Shown here in pieces: positions 1 through 15,580 of a stretch of DNA of 64,000 bases (position 1 is its first letter; every line of letters begins with the position of its first letter). The DNA lies in assembly GCF_000026545.1 (NCBI RefSeq), contig NC_011601.1; one strand, written 5' to 3'. The position numbers and the translations under genes were made by a program. The DNA comes from Escherichia coli O127:H6 str. E2348/69. Lineage in GTDB: Bacteria; Pseudomonadota; Gammaproteobacteria; Enterobacterales; Enterobacteriaceae. A model generated the notes under the pieces. It worked only from the letters and a program-made list of their open reading frames with translations, was not told the DNA's origin and ran no database searches.

Positions 1-492
1 GTGACGGATTTACGCCTGATGTTGCTGGTGCAGGGCGATCAGCCACGTTATCGCTTAGTTGAACTGCACCGCAAACGCGTTGCCAACGGTGAGCGTAGCG
101 TGCTGGTGGGCTTACAGTCCTTTGCCGAAGGTCTTGATCTGAAAGGCGATCTACTCAGCCAGGTGCATATCCACAAGATCGCTTTTCCGCCCATCGACAG
201 TCCGGTGGTGATCACCGAAGGTGAATGGCTGAAAAGCCTCAACCGCTATCCGTTTGAGGTGCAAAGCCTGCCGAGCGCTTCGTTTAACCTAATTCAGCAG
301 GTTGGGCGACTGATTCGAAGCCACGGTTGCTGGGGGGAAGTGGTTATCTACGACAAACGCTTGCTGACCAAAAATTATGGCAAGCGACTACTGGATGCAT
401 TACCGGTATTTCCGATAGAGCAACCGGAAGTCCCTGAAGGTATAGTTAAAAAGAAAGAAAAAACGAAATCCCCACGCCGTCGGCGGCGTTAA
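1..492 (+). CDS. dinG: ATP-dependent DNA helicase DinG, C-terminal fragment (5' end outside window)
   Basis: ORF runs in from the window edge and ends ...KKKEKTKSPRRRRR; lies directly upstream of ybiB as in K-12. Confidence 0.8.
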   Translation: MTDLRLMLLVQGDQPRYRLVELHRKRVANGERSVLVGLQSFAEGLDLKGDLLSQVHIHKIAFPPIDSPVVITEGEWLKSLNRYPFEVQSLPSASFNLIQQVGRLIRSHGCWGEVVIYDKRLLTKNYGKRLLDALPVFPIEQPEVPEGIVKKKEKTKSPRRRRR

Positions 493-519
493 TGATGTGA
501 GTCAGGTAAGGAGTCGTAA

Positions 520-2708
<2,189 letters not shown>

Positions 2709-2742
2709 AAAAAGCCCGTCCAGTGGCGGACGGGCAAACAAG
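2709..2742 (+). terminator. rho-independent terminator after ybiC
   Basis: A-tract then GC hairpin gcccgtcc-agtggc-ggacgggc immediately after the stop codon. Confidence 0.55.
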
Positions 2743-2808
2743 GGTAACATAGGATCAATGAGGGTTAGAGCATATGCGTCTGTCGGCAAACAGACAGGGA
2801 AATACTTG

Positions 2809-2934
2809 TGCTGAACGTAGCGTAAACGCCTGATCCAGCCAACGGTTCGGATTTTGTAGGTCTGATAAGACGCGGTAGCGTCGCATCAGGCATCTGTTGC
2901 CGGATGCGGCGTAAACGCCTTATCCGTCCTACGA
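2809..2934. repeat. REP/BIME palindromic elements
   Basis: gccggatgcggcgtaaacgccttatccg and related imperfect palindromes typical of E. coli REP units, in the ybiC-ybiJ spacer. Confidence 0.7.
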
Positions 2935-2935
2935 A

Positions 2936-3196
2936 TTACTTATAAATTACCGCAGTACCGCTTAATTTATTGTTGTTGGTGGCAGAAGTGATGCTGTATC
3001 CACTGGCACCGGCCGCCGCGGCTTTCTCAGCCAGTTTCGCTTCCAGGGCATCGAGGGTGGATGCGCCATCGGCAGAAACCACGCCGATTTTATTCATGTA
3101 CTGTGCCTGGGATGCCGTTACCGGTTCCGCCGCGAACACACCAAATGACAGAGTTGAAAGAGCCATAGCAGCAACAACAGTATTGATAGTTTTCAT
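2936..3196 (-). CDS. ybiJ: DUF1471 periplasmic protein (secreted, signal peptide)
   Basis: 86 aa; N-terminal signal peptide; C-terminal ...GTAVIYK shared with the paralog mcbA. Confidence 0.9.
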   Translation of the reverse strand: MKTINTVVAAMALSTLSFGVFAAEPVTASQAQYMNKIGVVSADGASTLDALEAKLAEKAAAAGASGYSITSATNNNKLSGTAVIYK

Positions 3197-3460
3197 AATT
3201 AATCTCTCGCAGGTGATTTTTGTATAAGTGACGTTGTTTCGTCGATGTGATGAGTATCACGTTTTTTTACGAGAGATAAAATCGAAGAGAATTGACCGCC
3301 TTGTTCAAATAAATTGATTGATATCTAACATACTGATAAACCATTTATTTGTTGTACTTATGGACTTGTTTTATACCGCGTGGCAGTCACGGTAGCGTTA
3401 AAGGCACGGAATGCCACGCAAAATACAAATTATACTCGCTATACATCCCGCCAGTTGTAG

Positions 3461-3727
3461 TTAACGTAACTGGCTGTCTTTCGAACCTCTGCGATTATAT
3501 CCTGTATAAGCTGGTTTTTGTAAATCTTTCTCCTGCTGACAATGAATGCATAAGCGCACGCCAGGAATGGCTTCCCGACGGGCCTGCGGGATAGGGGCAC
3601 CGCACTCTTCACATTCATACAGGCTTTCGCCACGCGGAATTTCACCCCGAGCGCGGGCAATCGCATCTTCAATTGTACTGTTGATCTGTTCGTTGACGGC
3701 GTCATCATTAGCCCAACCGGATGCCAT
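3461..3727 (-). CDS. ybiI: DksA/TraR-family C4-type zinc-finger protein
   Basis: 88 aa; CxxC...CxxC motif (CEECGAPIP...LCIHCQ). Confidence 0.9.
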   Translation of the reverse strand: MASGWANDDAVNEQINSTIEDAIARARGEIPRGESLYECEECGAPIPQARREAIPGVRLCIHCQQEKDLQKPAYTGYNRRGSKDSQLR

Positions 3728-3800
3728 ATCGTCCTCCCCATATCAATGCTTGTACAGTTAAGTGTAGCTAATATAGGGACGAACTCGGGCAGTTCAAGCG

Positions 3801-4478
3801 TCAGATCTCCGACCATTCCCGCAGCAGATTATGATAAAGATTGAGCAGCGACAGGATCTCTTCACTTTCGCCGTAGTGGCTTTTCAGCGACTGAATATTG
3901 TTGTCCAGTTCAAACAGCATGGCGCGCTTTTTATCATCACGGATCATCGACTGGATCCACATAAATGATGCCACTCGCACGCCGCGGGTTACGGGTGTCA
4001 CGCAATGCAGGCTGCTGGAGGGATACAACACCAGATCGCCTGCCGGGAGTTTTACCCGATGTTGCCCGAAGGTGTCATTAACGACCAGTTCGCCGCCGTC
4101 GTAGCTTTCTGGATCGCTTAAAAACAGCGTGGCAGAAAGGTCAGTGCGCATCCAGCCGTTTTGTGGATGGCTGCGTACTGCGCCATCCACATGAAAACCA
4201 TAGGTTTCATTGTTCTGATAGCGATTAAACAGCGGCGTGGAAAGGGTACGCGGCAAGGCCGCGGCAAAGAACAAAGCATGTTGGTTAACCGCGTTCAGCA
4301 CCTCATTTTGCAGGGCGGCGTACAGGGCGCTGCGGGTGTCTACTTGTTGATTGTTCTTAACTTGCGCACCTTGTGCGCCGGTGGTGACGCGCCCATCCAC
4401 CCATTCGGCTTGTTCCAGTTGTTCGCGAAAACGGGCGACGTCCTGTGGCGATAACACGCCGGGAATGTGGTACATCAT
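3801..4478 (-). CDS. ybiX: PKHD-type Fe(II)/2-oxoglutarate-dependent hydroxylase
   Basis: Track ORF is 237 aa; start trimmed to the internal Met (MMYHIPGVL...) to give the expected 225 aa; lies downstream of fiu in the same orientation. Confidence 0.85.
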
Positions 4479-4519
4479 ACAAGTTCTCCAAAAAGTGGGG
4501 CCTGCGCCCCACATCTGAA

Positions 4520-6802
4520 TCAGAAATGCATATTGGCCGTGAGCAGGAAGGTTCTTGGCTCGCCCGGGTGATAACGGTAGCCGCTCTTGTTGATTGAGGC
4601 GACGTAATCGGTATCAAACAGGTTGTAGACGTTTAGCTGGAAGTCGAGATTGCGATTAACCCGATACCCCAGTTTGGCATCGGCGACCCAGTAACCTTCG
4701 GTAAACGCTGGCGTTCCCACCGCGCCGTCTGAACCTTTATGCATACTGCCGATATACCGTGCGCCCGCACCAACAGAAATATCATCGGTTGCCTGATACT
4801 GGCTCCATAAGGTGAAGGCGTGTTCCGGGGTATACGGCAGCGATGAGGAACCATCCTGGGCAACATCTTTGCCGTTTTTGATAGTTGCTTTTTGCTGGGT
4901 ATAGCCGCCAATCATCTGCCATGCGGGGGTGATATTCCCGGCCACGGATATCTCGTAACCTTCGACACGTTTCTTACCATATTGCGAATAAGTCCCGTCA
5001 TCATTTTGCTCAACTTCATTTTCAATATCAGTACGGAACAGCGCGGCGGTAAGTAGCAGGCGTTTATCCAGAACCTGCCATTTGGTGCCAATCTCGCTGG
5101 TGTTGGCTTTTTGCGGTTTAAAATCGGTGCGGTTGGCACTGTTACCGCTGCCAGACTGCGCAAGGGCGAAGTTGTTGCCGCCCGGCGGCTGCTGGGAAAC
5201 GGCATAGTTAATATAGACATTGCCGTTTTCCGTCAGGTGATACAGCGCCCCGGCTTTCCAGTTCACCAGATTGCCCGACTTGGCGGTGTCGACGGTGGTG
5301 ACCGGAGAACCTTTTGCCACGCTAGCAGGGCAGGTGATGGCACCGCGCCCGCTGCCGCCGCAGGCGGTGGCACTGTCATATTCAGTATGATAATTATCCA
5401 GACGGATCCCACCGTTCAGCTCAAAATCACGGGTGATTTGCAGCGTATCGAAGGCATAAATTGCGAAGGTATCCGTCTGACCATTGGCGTTTGCGCCGTT
5501 GCGCGTCAGGCCGCCGGGATGAATGCTGCTGTCAGGATGATAAATATTTACCGCCGGTAACGTCACCGGATTAACGCCATAGTTAGTCTGTGTTTCGCGG
5601 GTAAATTCCACGCCGGTACTGACATCATGACCGATAGCGCCGGTATAGAACGTCGAGGTCAGGTTGGTCTGGTTGGTGAGAATTTTGTTACTCACATCTT
5701 TGGTATTCGCCGTGCGTGACCACGTCCAGCTATTCACATCGCTGGTGGGCTGGGTAATATTCGACGCTCCACCCATAATCGCCGTCATCAGGTAATCCTG
5801 CTTTACGCGCGACCAACGCGTAGTGTTGCGAATGGTGGTGTTATCGTTGATGTCGTGCTCAAAACGCATGGTAGCGGTGTCGGTGGTCGAATCGTCGTAA
5901 TCGGAATCCGTGCCGTAAAAGTTATGAGTATCAACTTTTCCGGAATGATTCAGGGCCGCTGTTCCCGCAGATGGGGCAGAATAACCCGGTAAACCGATGG
6001 TCGGAATGCCGCCGTCTGGCGTGTTGTGCTGGGTGACATGCAGATAATTAAGATACAAACGATTCGCTGTACCAAGGCCAAAAGCGACAGAAGGGGCGAC
6101 GCCGTAACGCTCATTTTTGACTTTGTTGCGTCCGGCATCGTGCGTTTTTTCGCCCATTACATTCAGGCGCACCGCAGTGGTATCACCAATGACCTGATTG
6201 ACGTCCAGCGTGCCGCGGCGGAACCAGGCGCTGCCAATACTGGCGGAGGCGTCAATGCCGGAATCATTGCGCGGCTGTTTGCTGATCATATTGATCGAGC
6301 CTGTCGGTGCGCTGCGCCCGTAGTCGGTGCCGGACGGCCCTTTAATTACTTCGACCTGCTCGGTATTGAAGGTGTCGCGCGAGACGCTGCCGATATCGCG
6401 AATGCCATCGATATAAATACTGTTAGAGGTATCGGCACCGCGCATATAAATGGCGTCGCCAGTGGTGGAGTTACCGTTCTCACCCGCAAAAAACGCACCC
6501 ACGCCGGGGACGTTTTTGAGCGCGTCGGTAAGGTTGGTTGCACCCTGATCTTTAATCACTTGTTCAGAAATCACTGTCATCGTGCGGGTAGTATCCGCTA
6601 CCGGACGCGAGAATTTCGGATCGGCAGATTTTTGTGGCGCATAAAGCGAAGGCGTTGATGCTTCGACAACCAGCGTGTCATCCGCGTTAGCTTGCCCTTC
6701 GGCAGCGAGTGCCTGTGCCACAGGCGTAATACCAATACAAAGACCGGCAAAGAACGTGAGCGAATGAAATTGTCTGGCAGGGAAATTGCGATTGTTTTCC
6801 AT
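4520..6802 (-). CDS. fiu: TonB-dependent catecholate siderophore outer-membrane receptor
   Basis: 760 aa; signal peptide; C-terminal ...NMHF with terminal Phe typical of TonB-dependent barrels. Confidence 0.95.
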
Positions 6803-6906
6803 TTTGCAGGTGACTTTTTCTTATATGGTGAAATTTTCACTGTCACGAGAAAGCATCTCTGCGGATGCGATGCCACTGTTAATCCCGTGATAGCGTCTGT
6901 GCAAGT

Positions 6907-6931
6907 GATAATAATTTTGATAAGCATTATC
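6907..6931 (-). promoter_or_regulatory. Fur box in the fiu promoter
   Basis: GATAATAATTTTGATAAGCATTATC resembles the Fur consensus GATAATGATAATCATTATC; sits about 100 bp upstream of the fiu start. Confidence 0.6.
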
Positions 6932-7066
6932 ACTTGGCGCGATTTTCTATCACCCATTGCGCGAAAAAGAAATACATTTATTTACATTGCGTTCATATTT
7001 GATGTTTTTTGCTTACAAATTGGACGAAAACTGCATCCAGAGGCGAATGCAGTTACGTTGGTGGGG

Positions 7067-7327
7067 TTATTTGTAGATGATTGCAGTACCGAACATCTGG
7101 TCATTTCCGCCTGCGGAATTAATGACATAACCTTTCGCGCCTTGTTCGCGCGCTTTTTCTGCCAGTTTATCCTCCAGATCGCTTAGGTTTGATGCGCCAG
7201 TTGCCGAAACGGTACCGGCGGGCCGTAGCTGACCGCTGTCCAGGTTACTCATCGGTTGCGCGGCATAAGCCGTGAGAGAGATTCCGCTCAGGACGGTGGC
7301 AATCAGTAGTGTGAGGCACTTTTTCAT
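7067..7327 (-). CDS. mcbA: DUF1471 periplasmic protein, colanic-acid/biofilm regulator
   Basis: Start trimmed to MKKCLTLL... (86 aa); signal peptide; C-terminal ...GTAIIYK paralogous to ybiJ. Confidence 0.85.
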   Translation of the reverse strand: MKKCLTLLIATVLSGISLTAYAAQPMSNLDSGQLRPAGTVSATGASNLSDLEDKLAEKAREQGAKGYVINSAGGNDQMFGTAIIYK

Positions 7328-7602
7328 AATGACATCCTCATAAATACAACGGGTAGTGCCAGATAAGTGTAGGTCGCCTGCGCGATGAAAATGACGCAAA
7401 AAATTGACAGAGATGCGCTTATTTTTTGAACGATATATTTTTACAAAATAAGACAAATCAATGACATGCATGATGATGATTTTTATGGTGAATTGCCATA
7501 AACCATAGCCATGTGAAGGTTTTTAGAAATGATAAACGCAGCCAGATATTTACCCTGTCGCGTTATGCGGGTATCTTACGCCGCTGCTTAAAGGAGAATG
7601 CT

Positions 7603-8529
7603 ATGTCCGCCCAGAAACCGGGGTTGCATCCGCGCAACCGTCATCACAGCCGCTACGATCTCGCCACGCTTTGTCAGGTCAATCCTGAACTCAGGCAATT
7701 CCTCACGCTTACACCCGCCGGGGAGCAAAGCGTAGACTTTGCCAATCCGCTGGCGGTGAAAGCGCTCAATAAGGCGTTGCTGGCCCATTTTTACGCCGTA
7801 GCGAACTGGGATATCCCGGACGGTTTTCTCTGCCCACCAGTACCGGGCCGGGCGGATTATATTCATCACCTTGCCGATTTACTGGCCGAAGCAAGCGGAA
7901 CAATTCAAGCTAATGCCAGCATTCTGGATATCGGCGTTGGTGCGAACTGTATTTATCCGCTGATTGGCGTACATGAATATGGCTGGCGTTTTACCGGTAG
8001 TGAAACCAGCAGCCAGGCGTTAAGCAGTGCGCAGGCGATCATCAGTGCTAATCCGGGGCTTAACCGCGCCATTCGTCTGCGTCGGCAAAAAGAGAGTGGG
8101 GCGATTTTTAACGGCATCATCCATAAAAACGAGCAATACGACGCGACCTTGTGTAACCCGCCATTCCACGATTCCGCCACTGCGGCACGGGCAGGTAGTG
8201 AACGTAAACGCCGTAACCTGGGGCTGAACAAAGACGATGCACTGAACTTTGGTGGTCAGCAACAGGAGTTGTGGTGTGAAGGCGGTGAAGTCGCCTTTAT
8301 TAAAAAGATGATTGAAGAGAGCAAAGGCTTCGCGAAGCAGGTGATGTGGTTTACCTCGCTGGTATCTCGTGGTGAAAACTTACCGCCGTTGTATCGTGCT
8401 CTGACGGACGTAGGTGCGGTGAAGGTGGTAAAAAAAGAGATGGCCCAGGGGCAAAAGCAGAGCCGCTTTATAGCCTGGACCTTTATGAACGACGAGCAGC
8501 GCCGCCGTTTTGTCAATCGCCAGCGTTAA
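7603..8529 (+). CDS. rlmF: 23S rRNA m6A1618 methyltransferase
   Basis: Start trimmed to [10 protein letters not shown]... with AAGGAG RBS (308 aa); NPPF methyltransferase motif present. Confidence 0.9.
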   Translation: MSAQKPGLHPRNRHHSRYDLATLCQVNPELRQFLTLTPAGEQSVDFANPLAVKALNKALLAHFYAVANWDIPDGFLCPPVPGRADYIHHLADLLAEASGTIQANASILDIGVGANCIYPLIGVHEYGWRFTGSETSSQALSSAQAIISANPGLNRAIRLRRQKESGAIFNGIIHKNEQYDATLCNPPFHDSATAARAGSERKRRNLGLNKDDALNFGGQQQELWCEGGEVAFIKKMIEESKGFAKQVMWFTSLVSRGENLPPLYRALTDVGAVKVVKKEMAQGQKQSRFIAWTFMNDEQRRRFVNRQR

Positions 8530-10751
8530 AGCGTTGGCTCCCCCGGCGGCAACGGTTCAGCCGGGGCCGCGCCCGGAGCTGGCAGCACCTGATAAGTCTG
8601 TACCGGCGCGCGAACACCCGCCAGGTCGAAATGTTTTTTCACCTGGCTGTCGAGGGCAAAGCGGACCGTCCACTGTTTGAGTGGCAGCGTGGTGAACGAA
8701 ACACGCAGTGTAAACGCGGTATTGCTTAAGCCGACAATCCCGGCAAAGTTCGGTTCACCAATAACCAGCCCGCGAATTTCTTCGTTTTCCATCAATTCTG
8801 CTACCGCATCTTTCAGTGCCTGATTGGCTTTATCAGCATCTTCATGGCGATCAACATCGTAGTTTGCCACTACCGAACCAATACCGCGGACGAAGTTAGC
8901 AAAGGTGGTTATCGAAGACCACGGAATGATGTGATACGCCCCGGTATCCTGGCGCACGCCCACGGAGCGAATCGACATCCGTTCCACAGTGCCGGTCAAC
9001 GGCCCGATAGTCACCAAATCTCCAGTGTTCATGCCGTTTTCAAACTGAATAAATACTCCGGTAATAATATCTTTCACCAGCGTTTGCGAACCAAACGAGA
9101 TAGCCAGACCTAATGCCCCGGCACCTGCCAGCAATGGCGCGATATTGACGCCGATTTCCGACAACACAATCATGATGGTGATGGTACTGATAATCACCGC
9201 CAGCGCGTTACGGAACAGCGTCAGCAGGGTTCGCGTACGGGCGCTGGGTAGCGGGCGGCCATGAATATCCGAAGCCAGCCGGTTTTCTATCAAACTGGCG
9301 AGCACCGTCCAGCCAACCGCCGAGAAGAAAAGAATGAGTGCGATACGGATCAGGATATCTACGGTTTTCTGCCCCGCTCCGTTTTGCAGCCAGTTCCAGA
9401 AATCGAACAATCCCCATGCGCTCAACAGCAGCATTACCGCCACGCAGACTGTCAGAATACGCGCTGTTTTCAGTGCCGCCGAAAGCCATCCATTCAGCCG
9501 TTTTTGCAGCTCGGGATAGTTACGCTGAGTATGTGGCGAGAGAGTGATGGTTTTCGCCAGCCAGCGGGAAAACATACCGGAAACAAATGCTGCGATACCA
9601 ATAATCGCCAGGCTGCGCACCGTTGCACCCATCATAAATTTCAGGCTGTTGCCCGGATCGAACAACGAAAAGAAAAACAGCACGATAAAATAGGCGCTTG
9701 CCAGCCAGTGCCACACCAGCGCAAAGGCGCGGATAAACAGGCTGAAAAAGGCCAGCGAATGCTCCGCAAAGTTGAGCAAATGCTGGGTGATCTCTTTTTT
9801 ATTACGAAAAATCAGGTACAACGCCCAGACGGTCATGCACAGCATAATGATGACGTTTGCCAGCGCACCTATCTGTACATTCACCTGATTAGAGATAATC
9901 GGCACAGCCACAATCAGACCATAGCCAATCAGGCTGCTTAACCAGCTCAGGCGACGACTCCAGTAACGGGCGGTCTCGTCATGAATCGTGAACGGGCGCA
10001 GTTCAGCTACGTTTGGGCAAAAAATCAGGCGTAGTACGGCTTTGAAAAATTCAATCAGGGCAAAGGCGTTGAGAAACAAACTTTGTTGGAAAGCGATGGT
10101 GCGACTGCCCGCATTCAGGTTGTCGCTTAATACCTGGCCGACAAATAATGTCAGTGCCAGTAACAGCAGGTCGATAATAAACGCCCCGATGATCATCGCC
10201 GGAAGCTGCAACCAGTTACTGCGCTCACGATTTTTTTGCCGCGCCCACTGGCCCATTTTGCGATACAGCGGCAGTGCGCACAGACGAATCAGCCAGTAAA
10301 AACCAAACACTAATACCGCTAACATTGAAAAGTGGGTCAGCGCATTGCTGAAGGTTTGTGGATTAAACGGCTTATGCGGGGAGCCGGTGATATTGCGATA
10401 AAGTTGCCCGAAGCGGGCGGAAAGGGCTTCACCATAATGGCGGCTGACTTCGGTGACTTTTTGCAGCACGGTTTGCTCTTCAACCAGCGTCGGCGGCACG
10501 ATCTTCGGTACGGGTTCCGCAGGAGGCGTAGCGGCGACGGTGCGCAACTGGTCGATCAACTCTTTACGCGAGGTGTCATTATCCAGCACATCCGCCAGTG
10601 CGCCATAGGCCGCTTTTTTTTGTTCGATATCCGGTTCCGGGGCCGGTTCAGTCGTTGAGTCCGTTGTCGTTGTGGTTGTAACGCCGGGTATGGATACCGC
10701 GTGGGCAGGTGCGCCCAACAGGCAGAAGAGGATGAACAGGATCCACCGCAT
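8526..10751 (-). CDS. ybiO: MscS-family mechanosensitive channel
   Basis: Start trimmed to MRWILFILF... (741 aa); signal peptide, multiple TM helices, MscS-like C-terminal domain. Confidence 0.9.
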   Translation of the reverse strand: MRWILFILFCLLGAPAHAVSIPGVTTTTTTDSTTEPAPEPDIEQKKAAYGALADVLDNDTSRKELIDQLRTVAATPPAEPVPKIVPPTLVEEQTVLQKVTEVSRHYGEALSARFGQLYRNITGSPHKPFNPQTFSNALTHFSMLAVLVFGFYWLIRLCALPLYRKMGQWARQKNRERSNWLQLPAMIIGAFIIDLLLLALTLFVGQVLSDNLNAGSRTIAFQQSLFLNAFALIEFFKAVLRLIFCPNVAELRPFTIHDETARYWSRRLSWLSSLIGYGLIVAVPIISNQVNVQIGALANVIIMLCMTVWALYLIFRNKKEITQHLLNFAEHSLAFFSLFIRAFALVWHWLASAYFIVLFFFSLFDPGNSLKFMMGATVRSLAIIGIAAFVSGMFSRWLAKTITLSPHTQRNYPELQKRLNGWLSAALKTARILTVCVAVMLLLSAWGLFDFWNWLQNGAGQKTVDILIRIALILFFSAVGWTVLASLIENRLASDIHGRPLPSARTRTLLTLFRNALAVIISTITIMIVLSEIGVNIAPLLAGAGALGLAISFGSQTLVKDIITGVFIQFENGMNTGDLVTIGPLTGTVERMSIRSVGVRQDTGAYHIIPWSSITTFANFVRGIGSVVANYDVDRHEDADKANQALKDAVAELMENEEIRGLVIGEPNFAGIVGLSNTAFTLRVSFTTLPLKQWTVRFALDSQVKKHFDLAGVRAPVQTYQVLPAPGAAPAEPLPPGEPTL

Positions 10752-10867
10752 GACTCCTCCAGTGAGAAAACAGAGCAAAAAGATAAGTATAGATGCTGGA
10801 GGCTGGGCGATTTTAAATGAGAGGAATCTGGTGTGCCTCCCTTTCGGGGGAAAGGGAGGCAGAGAAG

Positions 10868-11590
10868 TTAAGAGACGTGCTGCAAAAATTCCTGCAAGCG
10901 CTGGCTCGGCGGGTTCTTGATCAACACCTGCGGATCGCCATCTTCTGCAATCCGGCCTTTGTCGATAAAGATCAGGCGCGAAGCTACTTTCTCGGCAAAA
11001 CCGATTTCGTGGGTCACGATCACCATCGTCATCCCTTCTTCAGCCAGATCCTGCATAACCTTCAGCACTTCATGGCGCAGTTCCGGGTCAAGAGCGGAAG
11101 TCGGTTCATCAAACAGCATCATTTTCGGCTTCACCGCCAGCGCGCGGGCAATCGCCACACGCTGCTGTTGACCACCAGAAAGTTCGGAAGGGTAGTGATG
11201 TGCACGCTCTGCCAGACCGACTTTCGCCAGCAGCTCACGCGCCAGTTTTTCCGCCTCTTCTTTATTCGCGCCACGCACGCGTAGCGGGCCAAACATGACG
11301 TTTTCCAGCGCCGTCAGATGCGGGAAGAGGTAAAACTGCTGGAACACCATACCCGCTTCCTGGCGAATCAGGCGCTCATCAACTTTCGGATCGTTAACCT
11401 TCAGGCCATCGACAATCAGATCGCCGGAGGTGATTTCTTCCAGTTTGTTGATGCAGCGCAGCAGGGTCGATTTACCGGAACCGGACGGCCCGATAATCAC
11501 CACGACTTCGCCCTGAGCAATGTTCAAATCGATATTGTGCAGCACCTGGGTTGGACCAAAATGCTTGGAGACGTTTTTAAATTCAATCAC
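10868..11590 (-). CDS. glnQ: glutamine ABC transporter ATP-binding protein
   Basis: 240 aa; Walker [13 protein letters not shown] signature LSGGQQQR, Walker [13 protein letters not shown]. Confidence 0.95.
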
Positions 11591-12246
11591 AGGATTTTCA
11601 TCCTTCTTTCCAGACGACGCAGAATAAAGCTCAGCACCAGGGTAATAATCAGATAGAACACCGCCACGGCGCTCCAGATCTCAAGGGCGCGGAAGTTACC
11701 GGCAATAATTTCTTGCCCCTGACGGGTCAGTTCCGCCACGCCGATAACAATAAACAGCGAAGTGTCTTTAATGCTGATGATCCACTGGTTACCCAGCGGC
11801 GGCAGCATACGACGCAGTGCCAGCGGTAAAATGACGTAGCGAATGGTTTCCCAACGTGAAAGACCGAGCGCCAGTCCTGCTTCACGAAAACCTTTGTGAA
11901 TAGACAGCACCGCACCACGCGTGATTTCCGCAATGTACGCGCCGGAGTTGATCATGATGGTGACCACCGCCGCAGTAAACGGGTCGATGCGTAAATCGTT
12001 AAACGCCATCGGCAGGGCGAAATAGATAAACATCACCTGGACGACGATAGGTGTGCCGCGGATCACTTCAATAAAGACCAGCGCGACGTGGTTGGCTATC
12101 CAACCACCGAAGGTGCGTGCAAAACCTGCCAACAATCCGATCACCAGACCGCCAGCCAGACCGAGGACCGAAATCCACAGGGTCATTTTGGCACCTTCAA
12201 TCAGAAGCGGAATGGCAGGCCAGATGGCACTCCAGTCAAACTGCAT
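11587..12246 (-). CDS. glnP: glutamine ABC transporter permease
   Basis: 219 aa polytopic membrane protein; overlaps glnQ start by 4 nt. Confidence 0.95.
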
Positions 12247-12387
12247 ATGTTGTTCCTGTTACCGTGGTGTAAATAATCAAATTCAGGGTAATTAATGGCC
12301 CCGGAGCGGGTTTGCGCCCTTCACCCTAATCCTCTCCCCGGCGGCGGGGAGAGGGAACTGCCAGTGCGCTTTACAGGCGCAGCGTTA

Positions 12388-13149
<762 letters not shown>

Positions 13150-13188
13150 CTATCCACGGGACGATCCCCTGCGTGACATTCACATATA

Positions 13189-13206
13189 TGAAAAAATCGT
13201 GCCAGT
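13189..13206 (-). promoter_or_regulatory. candidate sigma-54 promoter of glnH (glnHp2)
   Basis: Minus strand reads TGGCAC-N5-TTTCA, close to the sigma-54 -24/-12 consensus TGGCAC-N5-TTGCA, about 55 bp upstream of glnH. Confidence 0.5.
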
Positions 13207-13264
13207 TTTGCAACTCATTGATTTTTCGAGATGCGGCAAAAACGTGATGCACGATTTATAGGGC

Positions 13265-13325
13265 AATAGCCTGAAGATGCACCATTCTGGGGCGCCAAAC
13301 TGGTGCGCTAAAATTGTGCACTCAA
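13265..13325 (-). promoter_or_regulatory. candidate NtrC enhancer sites upstream of glnH
   Basis: TGCACC...GGCGCCA and TGGTGCGCTAAAATTGTGCAC palindromic elements resembling the NtrC consensus TGCACC-N5-GGTGCA. Confidence 0.4.
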
Positions 13326-13537
13326 CACAGTGATTATTTAGCGTAAAACCTGATGAAAAAACAATCTTTATGTAACGATTGTGTGATGATGTGGATACAA
13401 AAAATTTACTTAACCAGCTGGTGATAGCAGATGGATGCACTAAATAAGTGCGTTGAGGCGGGCTACAAAACAAAACGGCCTCCTGTCAGGAAGCCGCTTT
13501 TATCGTGTACTAAAGTTCTGCACCATCAGCGATGGAT

Positions 13538-14215
<678 letters not shown>

Positions 14216-14340
14216 TTATTTGCTCGCCAGGAATTTTCGGAATAAATATGCTTTTGCATAATTCGATATATAAAGACGATGTAGAGGAAAAGTAGCGAGA
14301 AAATCTGCATGGTTATGCATAACCATGCAGAAATGTAAAT

Positions 14341-15228
14341 TTAATTTATGTCTAATTCTTTTATTTTTCTCTCTTTGCGTACTGTCAGCGTAGAACCCAT
14401 TGAAGCGGCGATGATAGCGCCGAGCGCCAGCAGCTGTATGGGTGTCAGTGTTTCTCCGAGGAAAATCATCCCGGAAACGGCAGCCAGCGCAGGTTCCATG
14501 CTCATTAGCGTACCAAATGTGCGTGTTGGCAAACGGGTGAGGGCAATCATTTCCAGCGAATAAGGCAGAGCGGTCGAGAGAATAGCGACAGCCAGACCCA
14601 ATGGAATAACCGACCAGTGCCAGAGTGCTTCACCAGCCTGAAGCGCTCCAATTGGCACGAAAATTAACGCTGCAATCAACGAACCAATTGCCACCGTCGC
14701 AGGACCATGTTCCGCTCCAGCGCGTTGCCCACTTAAAATGTAAATAGCCCAACAAGCCCCGGCCCCCAGTGCCAGCGCACAGCCGGTTAAATCGACATGG
14801 GAAACGTCTTGCCCCAGCGGTAGCAGGAACCACAGACCAAGAACCGCCAGCACAACCCAGACGAAATCTACCGGGCGACGAGAAGAGAACAGTGCCACCG
14901 CCAGTGGTCCGGTGAACTCCAGCGCCACCGCAATACCCAGCGGTACCGTCTGAATAGAAAGATAAAAAAGATAATTCATTCCACCCAGCGAAACGCCGTA
15001 AAACAACAGCGGTAATCGTTGCTCTTTGGCAAAGCGCAGTCGCCATGGCTTAAAGAACGCGATGAGGATCAGCGTGCCTAATGCAAGACGCAGCGCAGTG
15101 ACCCCCGGTGCGCCCACCAGAGGAAAAAGTGACTTAGCTAACGAGGCTCCACCCTGAATAGACGCCATGGCAACGAGCAATATGACTATTGGTAACCAGA
15201 CCGGCATTTTACGTAATGAACCAGGCAT
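14341..15228 (-). CDS. rhtA: threonine/homoserine exporter (DMT family)
   Basis: Start trimmed to MPGSLRKMPVWL... (295 aa); 10-TM DMT-type protein. Confidence 0.9.
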   Translation of the reverse strand: MPGSLRKMPVWLPIVILLVAMASIQGGASLAKSLFPLVGAPGVTALRLALGTLILIAFFKPWRLRFAKEQRLPLLFYGVSLGGMNYLFYLSIQTVPLGIAVALEFTGPLAVALFSSRRPVDFVWVVLAVLGLWFLLPLGQDVSHVDLTGCALALGAGACWAIYILSGQRAGAEHGPATVAIGSLIAALIFVPIGALQAGEALWHWSVIPLGLAVAILSTALPYSLEMIALTRLPTRTFGTLMSMEPALAAVSGMIFLGETLTPIQLLALGAIIAASMGSTLTVRKERKIKELDIN

Positions 15229-15580
15229 CCTTTCTCCCACAAATATCTAAACCTAAGTAAAGCGTGGAGTGTACTGGATATACCCAATGCTGGTTGAGCA
15301 TTTGTTGAAAAAATTTTCCCCCGTTTTGACTAAAATGCGCCAGGATTGATGGAATCATTAGTCTGGTGATTAGGAATAATCTGGATGAATGACAGGGAAA
15401 ACATGCGTAATACTTACGCAGTTCTCTGAAAAAGTGATTTAAATTTAGATGGATAGCGGTGTATGGAAACGTTCTGTTACATGAAATGGCCCGTTAGACA
15501 TCATAAATCGCGAAGAGTTTCCCATTAATTTTTGATATATTTAAAACTTAGGACTTATTTGAATCACATTTGAGGTGGTT

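Noticed and set aside
1-492. Treating the first ORF as a complete 163-aa gene with a GTG start
   Set aside because: The frame is open from the first base and the product is the C-terminal end of a larger helicase; the GTG at position 1 is just where the window begins.
3349-3816. Several short ORFs between ybiJ and ybiX
   Set aside because: They overlap or lie antisense to ybiI and the ybiI promoter region; only the 88-aa zinc-finger ORF has a coherent motif and RBS.
9261-9941. 226-aa + strand ORF inside ybiO
   Set aside because: Antisense shadow of the mechanosensitive channel gene; no RBS or recognisable domain.
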